Source: Octopus sinensis (Eukaryota). From it: a stretch of DNA of 64,000 bases. Every line of letters starts with the position of its first letter. The stretch's first letter is position 1. Location of the stretch: positions 152,396,001 to 152,460,000 of the forward strand of contig NC_042999.1 of assembly GCF_006345805.1 (NCBI RefSeq). Reading direction: 5' to 3'. Below are positions 10,824 through 25,794 of the stretch, piece after piece. The position numbers and the translations under genes are program-made. A model generated the notes under the pieces. That model searched no databases and had not been told where the DNA came from. It saw only the letters and a list, made by a program, of their open reading frames with translations.

Positions 10824-11730
10824 CTGTTTTAGAACAAGACAATTTTATACAAGGAAAATATATTTGTCATTTCTAGCAGCTCCTGCGACCATGCATATGC
10901 TCTCCTCTTTAACTCATAAAGTGCTTTGAGGTGTTTGCCTTATCTAAATAAGATTTTGAACTGATTCACCGAAATCTTTTAAACACATCTTCTGATTGGA
11001 CAGAAGGTCAACTGATCCTGATGATGAGGCCAGGTGGTGATGTGTACGTCACTGTACTACGGGTGTTTGTGTAAACAAGTTCGTATGGAATGGAAAACAA
11101 CGTGACCTTCAGTTGGATTATAACTTCACAACTGAGAGGAAAATGAGACTACCAAATACTGTAAGACATATTAGCTTAGGCTACGATCATTTCAGATGCT
11201 CTGTAAACACTGAATGTATTGTCAGTATGTGTGTATTGGGTATATATATGTGTGTATATGCGTGTGTGTGTATGATATATATATATATATATATGTACAT
11301 ATGAGTGTGTGTGGATGTTATATATACTTCCATATATATATATATATATATATTGTGTGTCAGTGTCTATGTGTGTGTGTCTGTGTGTGTGTCTGTGTGT
11401 GTGTCTGTGTGTGTGTCTGTGTGTGTGTGTGAGTGTGTATAATGTATGTATATATATAGAGAGAGATTTATATATGTCTGCATGTACATGTTTGCACATA
11501 TTCATGTGTGTGTGTGTGTTTGTATGTACATGTATTTGTGTACGTGTTTATAATATATGTACATATATACAAATGTTATATATATATAAACATAAATATG
11601 TATATCTCTATATATTTTATACATATTTTTTATACATATAAATATATATATATACAGTGTGTATATATATATAAATATGTATATATAAATATATATATAC
11701 AGTGTATATATAAATATATATATATGAAAA

Positions 11731-12051
11731 GACTCCGCCGGTTACGACGACGAGGGTCCCAGCTGATACGATCAACGGAACAGCTTGCTCGTGAAATTAA
11801 CGTGCAAATGGCTGAGCATTCCACAGACACGTGTACCCTTAACGTAGTTCTCGGGGATAATCAGCGTGACACAGAGAGTGACAAGGCTGACCCTTTGAAA
11901 TACAAGTACAACTCATTTTTGCCAGCTGAGTGGACTGGAGCAACGTGAAATAAAGTGTCTTGCTCAAGGACACAACGTGTCGCCGGGAATCGAACTCACA
12001 ACCTTACGATCATGAGCCGAATGCCCTAACCACTAAGCCACGCGCCCTCAC
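11731..12051 (-). mobile_element. SINE S1, full length with shared 3' tail T1
   Basis: tRNA-like head, central domain and T1 tail (ttgtacttgtatttcaaaggg...gtaaccggcggagtc). Confidence 0.9.
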
Positions 12052-12544
12052 CAGTGAATATATACATATATATACATATACCTATGTACACATATATATA
12101 TATATACAGTATATATATACATATATATATACATACATATATACACATATGCATATGTACACATGGCTTCACTTCTCTAAACTTCGAAGTCACTGTCAAC
12201 AATATTTTTGTGTAAGAATAAACTATTACTCTAAAACACCTATAGAGTAACCCATCAGATTAAAGTAGAACTCTTTTTATTATAACTAAAGATATAAAAA
12301 ACAGCATTAGCATAAATATGCATGTACATATATTGAAAGCACGACTATGTTTTGATTTACAGATAACCGGGAACCGTTGATAAAAATTAACATTGGGAAC
12401 TTATTTTTCCAAACGAACTTCAAAGGAAAGCTCTGACTTGGAGATGTGAAATAAAATCTAATAAAATCTGTTTTTAATGACTAAATTAGGACATGACCGT
12501 GTTTTCAACATATCGAGTCTAAAGAAAAGTTGTTCACATATATC

Positions 12545-12597
12545 CATCCATACATACATATATGTATGCATGCATTCATACATGCATACATACATAT

Positions 12598-12628
<31 letters not shown>

Positions 12629-12760
12629 CATACATACATACATATATACATACATACATACATACATATATACATATATACATACATACATACATACATA
12701 CATACATACATACATACATACATACATACATACATACATACAAATATACACACACACGTA
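12545..12760. repeat. (TACA)n microsatellite
   Basis: Direct reading of the sequence. Confidence 0.95.
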
Positions 12761-14534
12761 CGTACGGACATACATCATACATACATGCATATATGCATGC
12801 ATGTGCATATATATAAATATATGTGCATGCATACAGGTATGTATGTGTATATATATTAATATATATATATATATATATATAAATGTATATATAGATACAT
12901 ACATACAACACTCACATATATACGTATGTATGTTTATTCTTTTATTCTGTTATTCTTCTATTTATTTCAGTCATTTGACTGCGACCATGTTGGAGCACGT
13001 ATGTGTTTATATAAATTTTGCCTATATATGGGCAAATTTTATTCACAGACACACAGATAGATAGAGAGAGGGGAGTGAGGGGGAGAGAAGAGGAGAGAGA
13101 GAGAGAGAGAGAAATTCCTATCTGATTGGGTTATTGTCGTAATTTTACATAATAGAAACACACACACAAATGTGTTTGTTTTTGTATGCGTGTGTATTGT
13201 ATGTGTGTATTAGTGTGTGTGTGTGTGTGTGTACTTCCATGTATGTCTGTATTATCCCACTTGCAAATAAACTTTCAGAAACTCTCATTTCTCTACACTT
13301 CGTCTGTAACTCTATTCTTGTAAACATGTTGACATTTAGTGTTGTTATAGACCGGAAGTAATTATAATTAGTTCGTTTAGTCATTTACTGCAGCCATCAT
13401 TATTAACTCTGTATGAACAGTAGCGCTCGCGTTCGTTTCTGTGTATATATGCATGTGCGTATACGCATTCAAACGTTTTTTGGGGTTTTTTTTGTGTACG
13501 TCTATGAATGAACATGTGTCTATATATGTATATGTGTATATGTATGTGTGTATATGTATGTGTGTATATGTATATGTGCGTATGTATGTGTGTGTACATG
13601 TGTGTGTGTTGACATATATACTGATATTTACAAACAAGCAATTATAAACAGATGTGTTTAATAAATTACTAAACGACTCGAATATTATAAAAATAATAAT
13701 TTTATAATTGTTACCGGTGGAGGGGGTAAAAATTTATCATTCAACGCTGTGACTATGCTGATTGCCCTAGCTTGAAACTAACATAACTCTAAAACATATC
13801 AAATTATAACATGATATTTATAATTGGTAATTTTCTTTCTGCCATAGAACTCATGGCTTTGTTTTAATTAGATTTTATCACAATTTTACGTTGCTATGAG
13901 ACCTGACACACCTTGGATTACTGTTTAATTGTTTGAGTTTTGAGGTCTGCTGAAATTCTATTTCAGAAAAAAAAATATATTCATTATTACTTGTCGCTTT
14001 TTCTTTTTTTTTTTTTAAGCTAGCAGATATTTATTTAACATTGGAAAATAACAGAAAATATTCTCGATCTGTCTATTTTTATTCACTTAGGAACTAACAA
14101 ATACAGCCTAACCAAATTGTTCCTTTGTCCCTGGAGTCGGTTATATTTTCGCAGTAAACATGTGAATTTTCTTTTGTTTTGATATGGTTCTGTGTACACA
14201 GGTGTAGTGGTATCGCTAACTGACTAGTAACCGAGCCGAGAGCTGCTGATTCGGTTATCCCTTCACTGATTGTCACGTGCCTGTTTAATCTACCTAAATA
14301 TACGTAGCTAACATGTCATAGATACCGCTTGCCGCTGTAAGTAGGTGGATTACCGCATAATTAACGAGTGCTTCGTTTGTCTTCAGTCTGAATTCAGATA
14401 TTCTAATGGCCATGGAAACGGTAAAGAGGAGCCCCTCCGGTACTTATTTTCATGCCAGTATTTCTAATCGCTTCAGTTAGCCTTCGTTATGTACCTCGGC
14501 TTTTGGTTCTAATTACACCAGTATTTACTCTTTT

Positions 14535-14629
14535 ACTTCAGGAACATAACAAGCAGCCGGTCCGGGAATCGAACTCATGATCTATGATCGTGAGTACAAT
14601 ACCCTAACCACTAGGCCACGCGCCTCCAC
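14535..14629 (-). mobile_element. S1-type SINE tRNA head
   Basis: Minus strand gtggaggcgcgtggcctagtggttagggt...gagttcgattcccggacc. Confidence 0.8.
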
Positions 14630-14639
14630 ATACGAATAT

Positions 14640-14818
14640 ATTCTTTTATTTTTTAACTTGTTTCAGTCATTTGACTGCGGCCATGCTGGAGTACCGTCTT
14701 TAGTCGAACAAATCGATCCTATGATTTATTCTTTGTAAGCTTAGTACTTATTCTGTCGGTCCCTTTTGCCGAACCGCTAAGTTACGGTTGTCAAGTGATG
14801 GCGGGGAACAAACACAGA
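14640..14818 (-). mobile_element. SINE S3 tail module only
   Basis: Reverse complement of the tail ending ccagcatggccgcagtcaaatgactgaaacaag. Confidence 0.8.
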
Positions 14819-14821
14819 GGC

Positions 14822-15030
14822 ATGAAGGGGATGTTCTTTATGTTGCCTGTCTCGTCTCTCTATTTGTTTCTTTCGTTGTTCGATAAAAAATTCGTTTTCT
14901 ATGTTTTTGTTTTTTATGTTCTCGTTTTATATTTTGTTCACGTTTTTTGACGTCCTGTACCCATATATGCATGTATTTATATATATGTAGGTATGTACAT
15001 ATATGTGTGTATATATACATATATATATAT

Positions 15031-15099
<69 letters not shown>

Positions 15100-15905
15100 C
15101 CCCCATATATATATATATGGGGGGGGGGAGAATTCACGAAAAAATAAGACGAAGACAGGTGATATAGAAAACAAACAGATGTATTAGTATAACGCTCGAG
15201 AATCATTATTTATATTATTATTATATGATCGAACGCCACGCATCCATTTCAAAGTAAGTTTTATCTTGATAATTCTGATGTGCACTCTACAACTATCTCT
15301 ATTCTATCACCCTCCCTTGTTCTTCTTCCTTTCTGTTTTCTCTCCCACCCTTTCTCTAATTCTTCTCCTCTCCCCTTCACCGTTCCCTCTCTCTCCTTCA
15401 CTCTTCCTCCTTGACTCTCTCGTTGCTCACACGTGACCAACGGCTATCTATCTTTCTTCCACTTCTTAAAGACTAGACGTGCTTTTGCCTGTCTCTTCTC
15501 AAAGCTCGTTTCTCCAGCGTTCACATTTCACCTCGTTATGGCTTAACAGCCCTTACCGTTTGTTTTTACTGTTTTGTTCTCACTGTTTTTGACACCACTT
15601 TAACCCTCGGCAAATCCCAATTTTTTAAAAGTTTGCTTTGCGGGAACGACTGCTTTAACGAAGTCGCATCTTGCCCCTACATTCGTAGCGCGGAGTAGAT
15701 AAAACAGGAGACGACTGATGAAGGGAATTTCTTTATGTTGCCTGTCTCGTCTCTCTATTTGTTTCTTTCGTTGTTCGAAAGAAATTTTCGTTTTCCATGT
15801 TTTTTTATGTTCTCGCTTCTCATTTTCACGTTTTTTGACGTCCTGTACCCATATATGCATGCATATATACATATATATGTAGGTATGTACATATATGTAT
15901 GTATA
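14822..15905 (+). mobile_element. Family F1 copy with ~190-bp terminal direct repeats (14822-15010 and 15717-15905)
   Basis: tgaaggg.at.ttctttatgttgcctgtctcgtctctctatttgtttctttcgttgttcga...gacgtcctgtacccatatatgcatg occurs twice. Confidence 0.6.
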
Positions 15906-15916
15906 TATGCATATAT

Positions 15917-15964
<48 letters not shown>

Positions 15965-15967
<3 letters not shown>

Positions 15968-16125
15968 GATGGGCTTCTTTCAGTTTCTGTCCACCAAGTC
16001 CACTCGCAAGGCTTTGGCCAGCCCGAGACTATAGTAGAAGACACTCGCTCAAGGTGCAATGGGATTGAACCCGGAACGATGTGGTTGGGAAGCAAGCTTC
16101 TTACCACACAGCAACGCCTGCGCCT
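15965..16125 (-). mobile_element. SINE S3, head only
   Basis: Matches the S3 head and abuts (TA)n. Confidence 0.85.
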
Positions 16126-16611
16126 ATGGAGACAAATTTAATTTATTTACTGATTGTGATAAGTGACATATCCATTCTTTAATTTGCTTAGTCAAAGGAG
16201 AATAGCAATGTCGGTTTCCAGGGTCTCTGAGACTGGTTAAAGAAATGCTGTCGGGTATGATTTAGCACCAGCCTTGCGATATTTCTTCAAACTCGTTACG
16301 TTTTGCGTTCAAATGCAGTCGAGGTGGACTTAGCTTTCATCCTTTCGTAATCGATAAAATAAGTACCAGTCGAACATTAGAGCCGCTGTATTCGGATCAC
16401 ATCCCACCAAAAAATTGCTGGCTTTGTGCCATAATTTGAAAGAATATTAAGAAGAAATATTAATGTTGAAATTATGTGAATTTGTGAATCCCTTAAAGAA
16501 AGACAAGTTGAGATTCTCAATTTGTTGACTTTTCAGCTAAATTTCCATTCTTTCTTAATGTCGGTTCGATTCCTTTACGTTCCATCTACACAGCAAAGTT
16601 CAATAACTTAC

Positions 16612-16664
16612 CTTGGGCCCGCTTCCTTACCTCCAAATGTGTAGCCCTCTTCCGAAATACAAAA
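16612..16664 (-). CDS. Candidate internal exon (53 nt), product unknown
   Basis: Minus strand acceptor tttctgtttttaatag and perfect donor AAG|GTAAGT; two frames are open (FCISEEGYTFGGKEAGP or FVFRKRATHLEVRKRAQ). No homology recognised. Confidence 0.25.
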
Positions 16665-16725
16665 CTATTAAAAACAGAAACTGGAGATAAAATCCTGATA
16701 AATCAGGGAATATGCACACATTCAT

Positions 16726-16768
<43 letters not shown>

Positions 16769-16843
16769 CACACATACACTAATACACACACATGAACCAA
16801 CAAACCAACGCACACATAAAGAGACAGAGATACATACATAAAT

Positions 16844-16874
<31 letters not shown>

Positions 16875-17151
16875 GCTGTAGACTAGCGAATGAACAGAGA
16901 AACTTAATTCTAAAGATAAACTCCGTGTAAGTGAAATGAGAAGCCAAGAGAGACATAGAGAAGATAGGAAGATCGTTGTTCGGTGATTTCCGCTTGTTTT
17001 CACCATACAAATGGTGTCAGCTGGCCTGGACAGTCCTACATCTTCCTATCTTGATGAAGAACTCATGAAATTAGTGCTTCAAAGCTAGGAATATAAAACG
17101 GTGAAGATTGTGAAGTGGACCCAGGCGTTCTTTTACGAATCAGACAAGTTC

Positions 17152-17183
<32 letters not shown>

Positions 17184-17881
17184 TTCTCTTTCTGTGTCTG
17201 TCAGTAGGTATACAATCGTGCTACGCTGCAGTCTGTGTGTTTATAGGTTTTTCTTGTATGCGTTGCAATTACGTACGTAGGTATGCGCACATTGATGTAT
17301 GTTATACATACGTTTGAATACATATATATACACACACACACACACACATATATATATACATATATGTGTGTGTGTATTTATATATACATATATACATAGA
17401 AGGATTCGTGTGTATGTATGTGTACATATACATACATGCTGCACATATACATAACGGTGTGTTGGTAAACCAGGCTATATCTTTATACATAAAAGTTCGG
17501 TGTGGTTTCCTGTAGGCAATCATACTCGTACGTTCCTGAGACTGTTGTGCACACAGAATATACGTACATACATACATACATACATACACGCTCATATGCT
17601 CATAGACAGACACTCACACACACACACAAGCATATATATATATATATTGCGTAAGAAAGGTCACGTGTGAACATATCATATATAAATATATATATGCATA
17701 TATTACGTAAGAGAGATGATGTGTGAGTAGATATATATGTGTGTGTGTGTCCGTGTGTGTTGTTTATTCAATGTTGAGTTTGCGTGGGTCGCTACTACAA
17801 GTTTCTTCTTTCTGCTGTTCAGGTGACTAATATTGTTGTTGGTGCTGCTTCCTCGTTTTCATCTTCGATCGCTTAATAACG

Positions 17882-17933
<52 letters not shown>

Positions 17934-18062
17934 GTACAACACCCAAAAAAAACCCCAAATATATGGCACACTAGGCATAACAACAACGTGAACTTCCAAC
18001 CTGTTGTCTCTTGAGGTCTCTGGGTGAGACTTGGAGCCAACTTGTACAGACATAAAGCAAAA

Positions 18063-18063
<1 letters not shown>
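17934..18063 (+). mobile_element. R4/Dong-like LINE 3' UTR fragment (subfamily C) within (AAT)n
   Basis: Contains cttgaggtctctgggtgagacttgg, resembling ccctaggacgctgggtgtgtctcgg in the 3' UTR of the R4-like copy at ~21285; (AAT)n on both sides. Confidence 0.55.
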
Positions 18064-18143
<80 letters not shown>

Positions 18144-18154
18144 GATTAAAAAAT

Positions 18155-18364
18155 ATTCAGATAAATACATAACAAAAACACCAGGACTTACAAACACATA
18201 TAACATACAGAAAATTGCACTACTAGGCACTGCACACATCCTACGCAGAACACTTTCCATACAATAACCATCAGAGCATCACAACAAATCACAGCACATA
18301 CCCAAGGTACACAGAGCTGCGCTCGGTAGTGAAGTGAAAGCACGCTATAAAAATAAAACTACTG
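18155..18364 (+). mobile_element. R4/Dong-like LINE 3' end (subfamily A)
   Basis: Translation SDKYITKTPGLTNTYNIQKIALLGTAHILRRTLSIQ* matches the RLE-type ORF C-terminus, followed by a UTR and (AAT)n. Confidence 0.8.
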
Positions 18365-18381
18365 AATAATGATAATAATAA

Positions 18382-18452
<71 letters not shown>

Positions 18453-18457
18453 ATAAT

Positions 18458-18667
18458 AGCCCTGGGAACAGTGAGCAAACATCTCGAGAAGTACGTGGAA
18501 CAAATAGGGGCTGCAATAAGGGTGGAGCACTTGAGGAAAACAGCACTGATTGCAACCGCTCGTATACTCTGGAAGGTGCTCGAAAAATAAGGGGTGTTAC
18601 TTTAGTTCACTGGTAGTGAATAGCTGACACTGTAGTACATCTCCAGCGTTAGAAGCTGTGCAAAGGC
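18458..18667 (+). mobile_element. R4/Dong-like LINE 3' end (subfamily B)
   Basis: ALGTVSKHLEKYVEQIGAAIRVEHLRKTALIATARILWKVLEK*; same subfamily as 57321-57679. Confidence 0.85.
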
Positions 18668-18685
18668 AATATTAATGATAATAAT

Positions 18686-19002
18686 GCCTTGATGTAGTTC
18701 CGGGCAGTGGGCTCTCATGGCTTCTGATCTTAACTGATTGGAAGTGTTATCATGTACATTGTTTTGTCTTGGTATAAAAGATGGGCTACACCAAATATTC
18801 CGTTCAATACCACAGATTTGCTTGTCAGTTGTTTGACCTTAACCAGTTGAGCATATCCCTTAGTGGCTGATGATATGTGCATCTCTGATCGCGAGCAGAA
18901 GTAGATGGGGAGCATCACAGCCATGAGTTGAGAGGAATTCTTTGGAATTTGGATAATTCACGTTTGGAAACATAAGTGTTTTCTTCAACATTCTTAGGCT
19001 CA
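18686..19002 (+). mobile_element. Interspersed repeat X (left portion)
   Basis: Overlaps in sequence with 6875-7075 and starts directly after aatgataataat. Confidence 0.7.
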
Positions 19003-19039
19003 GAGATTCTGGTCCGGCTCCAGCCTTTCGATATCCAGA

Positions 19040-21342
19040 AAGGGACCACCACACACTGCGTAGAAAGAGCAAGTAAATTAATGCTGTGGTCATGGAGTGT
19101 TACTACATAAGCAAACCGATAGATGAAAATGGTGCTCAAATAAGGAGTTACCGACAACGTATATATGATCATTGGAGGGAAAAGGGATTGTCTCAACTCA
19201 TGGAACAGAGACTATGTGATCAACCTAGAGCAATAAGAAAACATCGTTGGTTCACAGAAGTAGAGCTCGAAGCTATCGAAAGACGGGTCTTGAAAAATAG
19301 CAGCATTAATAACAATGAAAATGCAGCTCTTACTAATAGAAGTAACACAGGAAAGGAACAGTGGTAGTTTATTTGATGAGAGGCATGTAGATGATCTAAA
19401 AGAAGACAATAAAACTAATGGTGACATGACAGATGAGCAAAAGGCAATCTACGAAAGAATAAAGGTAAGTCTACAGGAGAACGATAGCGACATTATTTGC
19501 AACCTTAAAAAGGTTGATCGATGGTAATTGAACCAGGAAATGAAAAATATCAATAAAATTCTGAAATACACTAGAACAAACAACATCACAGAAACAAATA
19601 ATTTGATCAAGGCAGCAATTATTTTGTAGCAGAAAATGTAGGTGTTGATGTGAAGAAAAAGAAATATAATGGGATTGACAAAAGAAAAGATCCATGGTGG
19701 AAAAGAAGAACACAGGCAGGGTTAGACATGCTCTCGAAGGAAATTTCTGTGTTAGGCCGACAAGAGAAAGGGGAGCTTAAAAGCGAATAAAAATACAGGG
19801 CGCTGAAAAGGAAGTACAATATTGAAAGAAAGGGCCTGAAAGTGGTAATGGAGGAGCTGAAACAGCGTCTCGTTGCAAAGAAAGCAAAGATGGTATGATA
19901 CGACCAAAGAATGAAGGGTTACCACCAGAATATTACCGGAGAATAAGACTCATACTAAAAACTGAACTCAACTCCAAAAACCGCGTCGAAGCCATTAACA
20001 CCCTGGCACTTCCAGTAGTCCAATATAGATTTAACACCATTAACTGAATCTTACAGAGCTCCAACGCCTGAACAGGAAGACAAAAAAAGCTACTAGCATC
20101 TAAGAACATGCACCACCCAAAAGCAGACGTTGATCGTCTGTATCTACCTAGATGTAATGGGGTAAGAGGAATGATTCAGGTAGAGCTGTGCTAAAGGACC
20201 TCTGCAATAGCAATGAACAAGTACTTATCTAATAGAGAGGACTGGATGCTGCGGCTAGTGTGCAAACACGAGAGCAGTAAAAAGTCACATTCTATTGTCA
20301 AAGAAGCTTGCAAATTCACAAGGGAACCTGGCATTAACCCTGAATTAGATGAAGAACCTGAAACCACTGCCAGGAAAAAAGCAAAACGGATGAAACAAAC
20401 TGCAAAAAAAGGCAGCAGCAATTTGGGGAGCAGTGGGGCCAGGATCCTCAGCATGGACAGTATTTACTTCGGAGCCGAAATGCTAATGTAGACCAAGCAA
20501 CAACCTATCAGTGGTTAAGAAGCTCAGGACTGAAAGCAGAGACTGAAGGTGTCATATTAGCGACACAAGATCAAAGCTTGCTTACCAAAAACTACCAGGC
20601 TAACGTTCTTCAAAACAGTTCTGAACCTAAATTTAGATTCTGCAATAGAGCATCTCATCTCGGGATGTTCTGTGCTGGCACCAAACGAATACAAATATCG
20701 CCACGATAGAGTTGGACAGTATTTACATTGGAAATATGTAAACACTACAAGATCAGCACTCCTGATTACTGGTATAAACATCATCTTCAGCCAGTCGTTA
20801 AAGGTAAAAATGTCACTATCCTCTGGGATTTTCCAGTCAACACCGACAGAACGATCCGAGAGAATCGACCAGATATAGTCAATAAAGGAAGAGAAGAAAA
20901 TATTTGTAGACAAATAGATGAAAGTGTTCCCACTGATAAAAATATATCTGTAAAGGAATTTGACAAATTAAGTAAATATAAGGATCTGGAAATCGAAATG
21001 CAAAAGATGCGGCATGTTGAAGTGAAAACTGCTCTAGTTATTGTGGGTGCCCTAGGTATGATAAAAAAAAGGGGATGTCAAAAACATCTAGATGATATCC
21101 CAGGAGAACCATGTCTCAGTGAAATCCGAAAAATTGTGCTGACAAGTACTGCCCTCATCCTTAGAAAAACCCTATCAATTTAAATGTTTATGTTGTGTTG
21201 GATGAACATGTTTTGCTACTGCCCCTGCCACTTCCCTTCCCCAAACTTTCAGGTATACTGTAACATATTTTATCCTTCACTCGCCCTAGGACGCTGGGTG
21301 TGTCTCGGCAAGTGATTGTAACAAATATGCAGATGAAAATTA

Positions 21343-21343
<1 letters not shown>
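19040..21343 (+). mobile_element. R4/Dong-like non-LTR retrotransposon, internally deleted (RT core missing, RLE present)
   Basis: N-terminal VMECYY...SYRQRIYDHW...EQRLCDQ; jump at ~19930 from YDQRMKGYHQN to YYRRIRLILKTELNSKNRVEAIN; HHPKADVDRLY; EHLISGC; RHDRVGQYLHW; NRPDIV...KLSKYKDLEIE; then 3' UTR and (AAT)n. Confidence 0.9.
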
Positions 21344-21385
<42 letters not shown>

Positions 21386-21427
21386 TAATAATAATAATAA
21401 TAATAATAATTTTAATGACAGTAATAA

Positions 21428-21645
21428 TGGTTCCGAATTTTGTCACAAGGCCAGGAATATATTCTGGGAGGGTGTTAGTCGCTTAAATCGACCTCCGTGT
21501 TAAGCTTGTACTTAATTTATTGACACCCAAAAGGATGAAAGGCAAAGTTAAACTTGGCGAAATTTGAACGCAGAATGTAGAGACAAATGAAATGCCACTA
21601 AATATTTTGCCCGGCGTGCTAACGATTCTGCCAGCTCGCCGGCTT
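21428..21645 (-). mobile_element. SINE S4 inside an (AAT)n tract
   Basis: Matches the S4 consensus in reverse orientation. Confidence 0.85.
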
Positions 21646-21675
21646 GATAACAACAGCAACAACAACAACAACAAC

Positions 21676-24018
<2,343 letters not shown>

Positions 24019-24019
24019 G

Positions 24020-24190
24020 TTGGTATGTTTACACTCCCGTAACCTAGCGGTTCGGCCAAACAGACTGTAGAATAAGTACTAGGCTTACAAAGAATAAGCC
24101 CTAGAGTTGATTTGTTCGACTAAAGGTGGTGATCCAGCATGGCCGCAGTCAAATGATAGAAGCAAGTAAAAGAGTAAAAAGAGTAAAGAG
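24020..24190 (+). mobile_element. SINE S3 tail module
   Basis: Matches the tail consensus. Confidence 0.8.
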
Positions 24191-24254
24191 TATATAATTA
24201 TGGTATTACTAATGTTCATAATCTGCCTCTATACCTTTTTCTTCAAGTCTGGTA

Positions 24255-24417
24255 TATATGCCATCGGGGGTCTTTTATCGAACCGCTAAGTTACAGGGAC
24301 GTAAACATGCCAACACTGGTTGTCAAGCAGTTGTAGGAAACATACAGTTATGAACTCATACACACACATACACATAGGTAGGTAGAAGATAGCTAGAAGG
24401 GTAGATAGATAGATAAC

Positions 24418-24485
<68 letters not shown>

Positions 24486-24557
24486 AGATAGATAGATAGA
24501 TTGACAGACAGATAGACAGACAGACAGACAGCCAGACAGGCAGGCAGACAGGCAGGC

Positions 24558-24592
<35 letters not shown>

Positions 24593-24593
24593 T

Positions 24594-24670
<77 letters not shown>

Positions 24671-24687
24671 CATAGATAGATAAATAA

Positions 24688-24758
<71 letters not shown>

Positions 24759-24908
24759 CGCATTTCTTTCAATTTCTGTCAACCAAATTCACTTAAAGGG
24801 TCTCGGTCGGCCGGAGGCTATAGTAGAAGACACTTGCCCAGGGTGCAATGGAGTGGGACTGAAACCAGAACCATGTGATTGGGAAGCGAGCTTCTTACCA
24901 GACGGCCA
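24255..24908 (-). mobile_element. SINE S3 bipartite copy with ~390-bp internal (GATA)n/(GACA)n array
   Basis: Partial tail at 24255-24350, microsatellite 24370-24757, head 24758-24908, all consistent with minus orientation. Confidence 0.75.
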
Positions 24909-25089
24909 TATACTTTTGTCATAAGGAAATGTTGATATTCCATCGTATGGAAATATCAACTCTAAGCACACAATATAGGAAACCAACATCTAAGTGAAGA
25001 TAGAAAATAACAGAAAAGATTCCTCGTTCTTTAATGGAATCAATAACAAAACGAATGAAATGAAGCCAGAAGAAAGCCTTTCTAACAAT

Positions 25090-25410
25090 TCCCTTACGCG
25101 AATTGTTAGAAAGGCTCACAAACGTACAGCTTACAAATTTACTGCAGGGCTTAATGATCACCTCGAGAACCCAGTTTCCACAAAAAAACTGGATTTCACG
25201 GGATGGTTGCAATCAGAAAGCCACTACTTTCAAACAAACGTTGGAAAGCGTTTAGAGTGGAGTAAAAACCAACAGAGTTAGTTCCTTGAGCAGTGGAAGA
25301 ATGTTATTTTCTCGGACGAGAAATTACCCAATTTCCGACCACCGACCGAGTATACGTGTGGAGACAGCCAAAGGAAGCATTTGACCCAGACTGCCTTCTT
25401 CCAATTGTCT
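25090..25410 (+). pseudogene. Tc1-type transposase fragment
   Basis: LTRIVRKAHKRTA...LNDHLENPVSTK, IRKPLL, KRLEW, EQWKNVIFSDE, RVYVWRQPKEAFDPDCLLP (frameshifted). Confidence 0.85.
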
Positions 25411-25479
25411 CCCTCTTTTTCTCTCTTCGTCTTTCCTTTCTCGCTCTTTTTATCTAATTACATGAACGCGTTACCGACA

Positions 25480-25735
25480 GGCCAAGTAACGGGATGACAA
25501 GCAGAATTATAATAAAATACTATATGCTATACACTGGCAGTCGGGATTTGACCAAAACATTCAGCGACGGAGTAGTCATCAATGAAGTTCTAATATGATC
25601 TCGCTCGCTGTGGGGCGGTTAGCTCCCCTGTCAGTCCATAGACTTGTGTTTTTTTTGCGACTAAGAAGGTTTTAGTTCTTATTTCTAGCAATTTAGGTAC
25701 TACCCTTATACTGTGAGTCACAATTAGTGACAATT
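25480..25735. mobile_element. Diverged right-hand part of the 4062-4440 element family
   Basis: gggcggttagctcccctgtcagt...ttcttatttctagcaatttaggt...gtcacaattagtgac aligns with 4335-4440. Confidence 0.6.
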
Positions 25736-25794
25736 GAATTCTTCCTTTTTGTTTAATATTGCTTATAGCTGCCTTCGTTATTATATATATATAT

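Noticed and set aside
24931-24960. Small hairpin gttgatattcca-tcgta-tggaaatatcaac
   Set aside because: Short and AT-rich with no context; not distinguishable from background.
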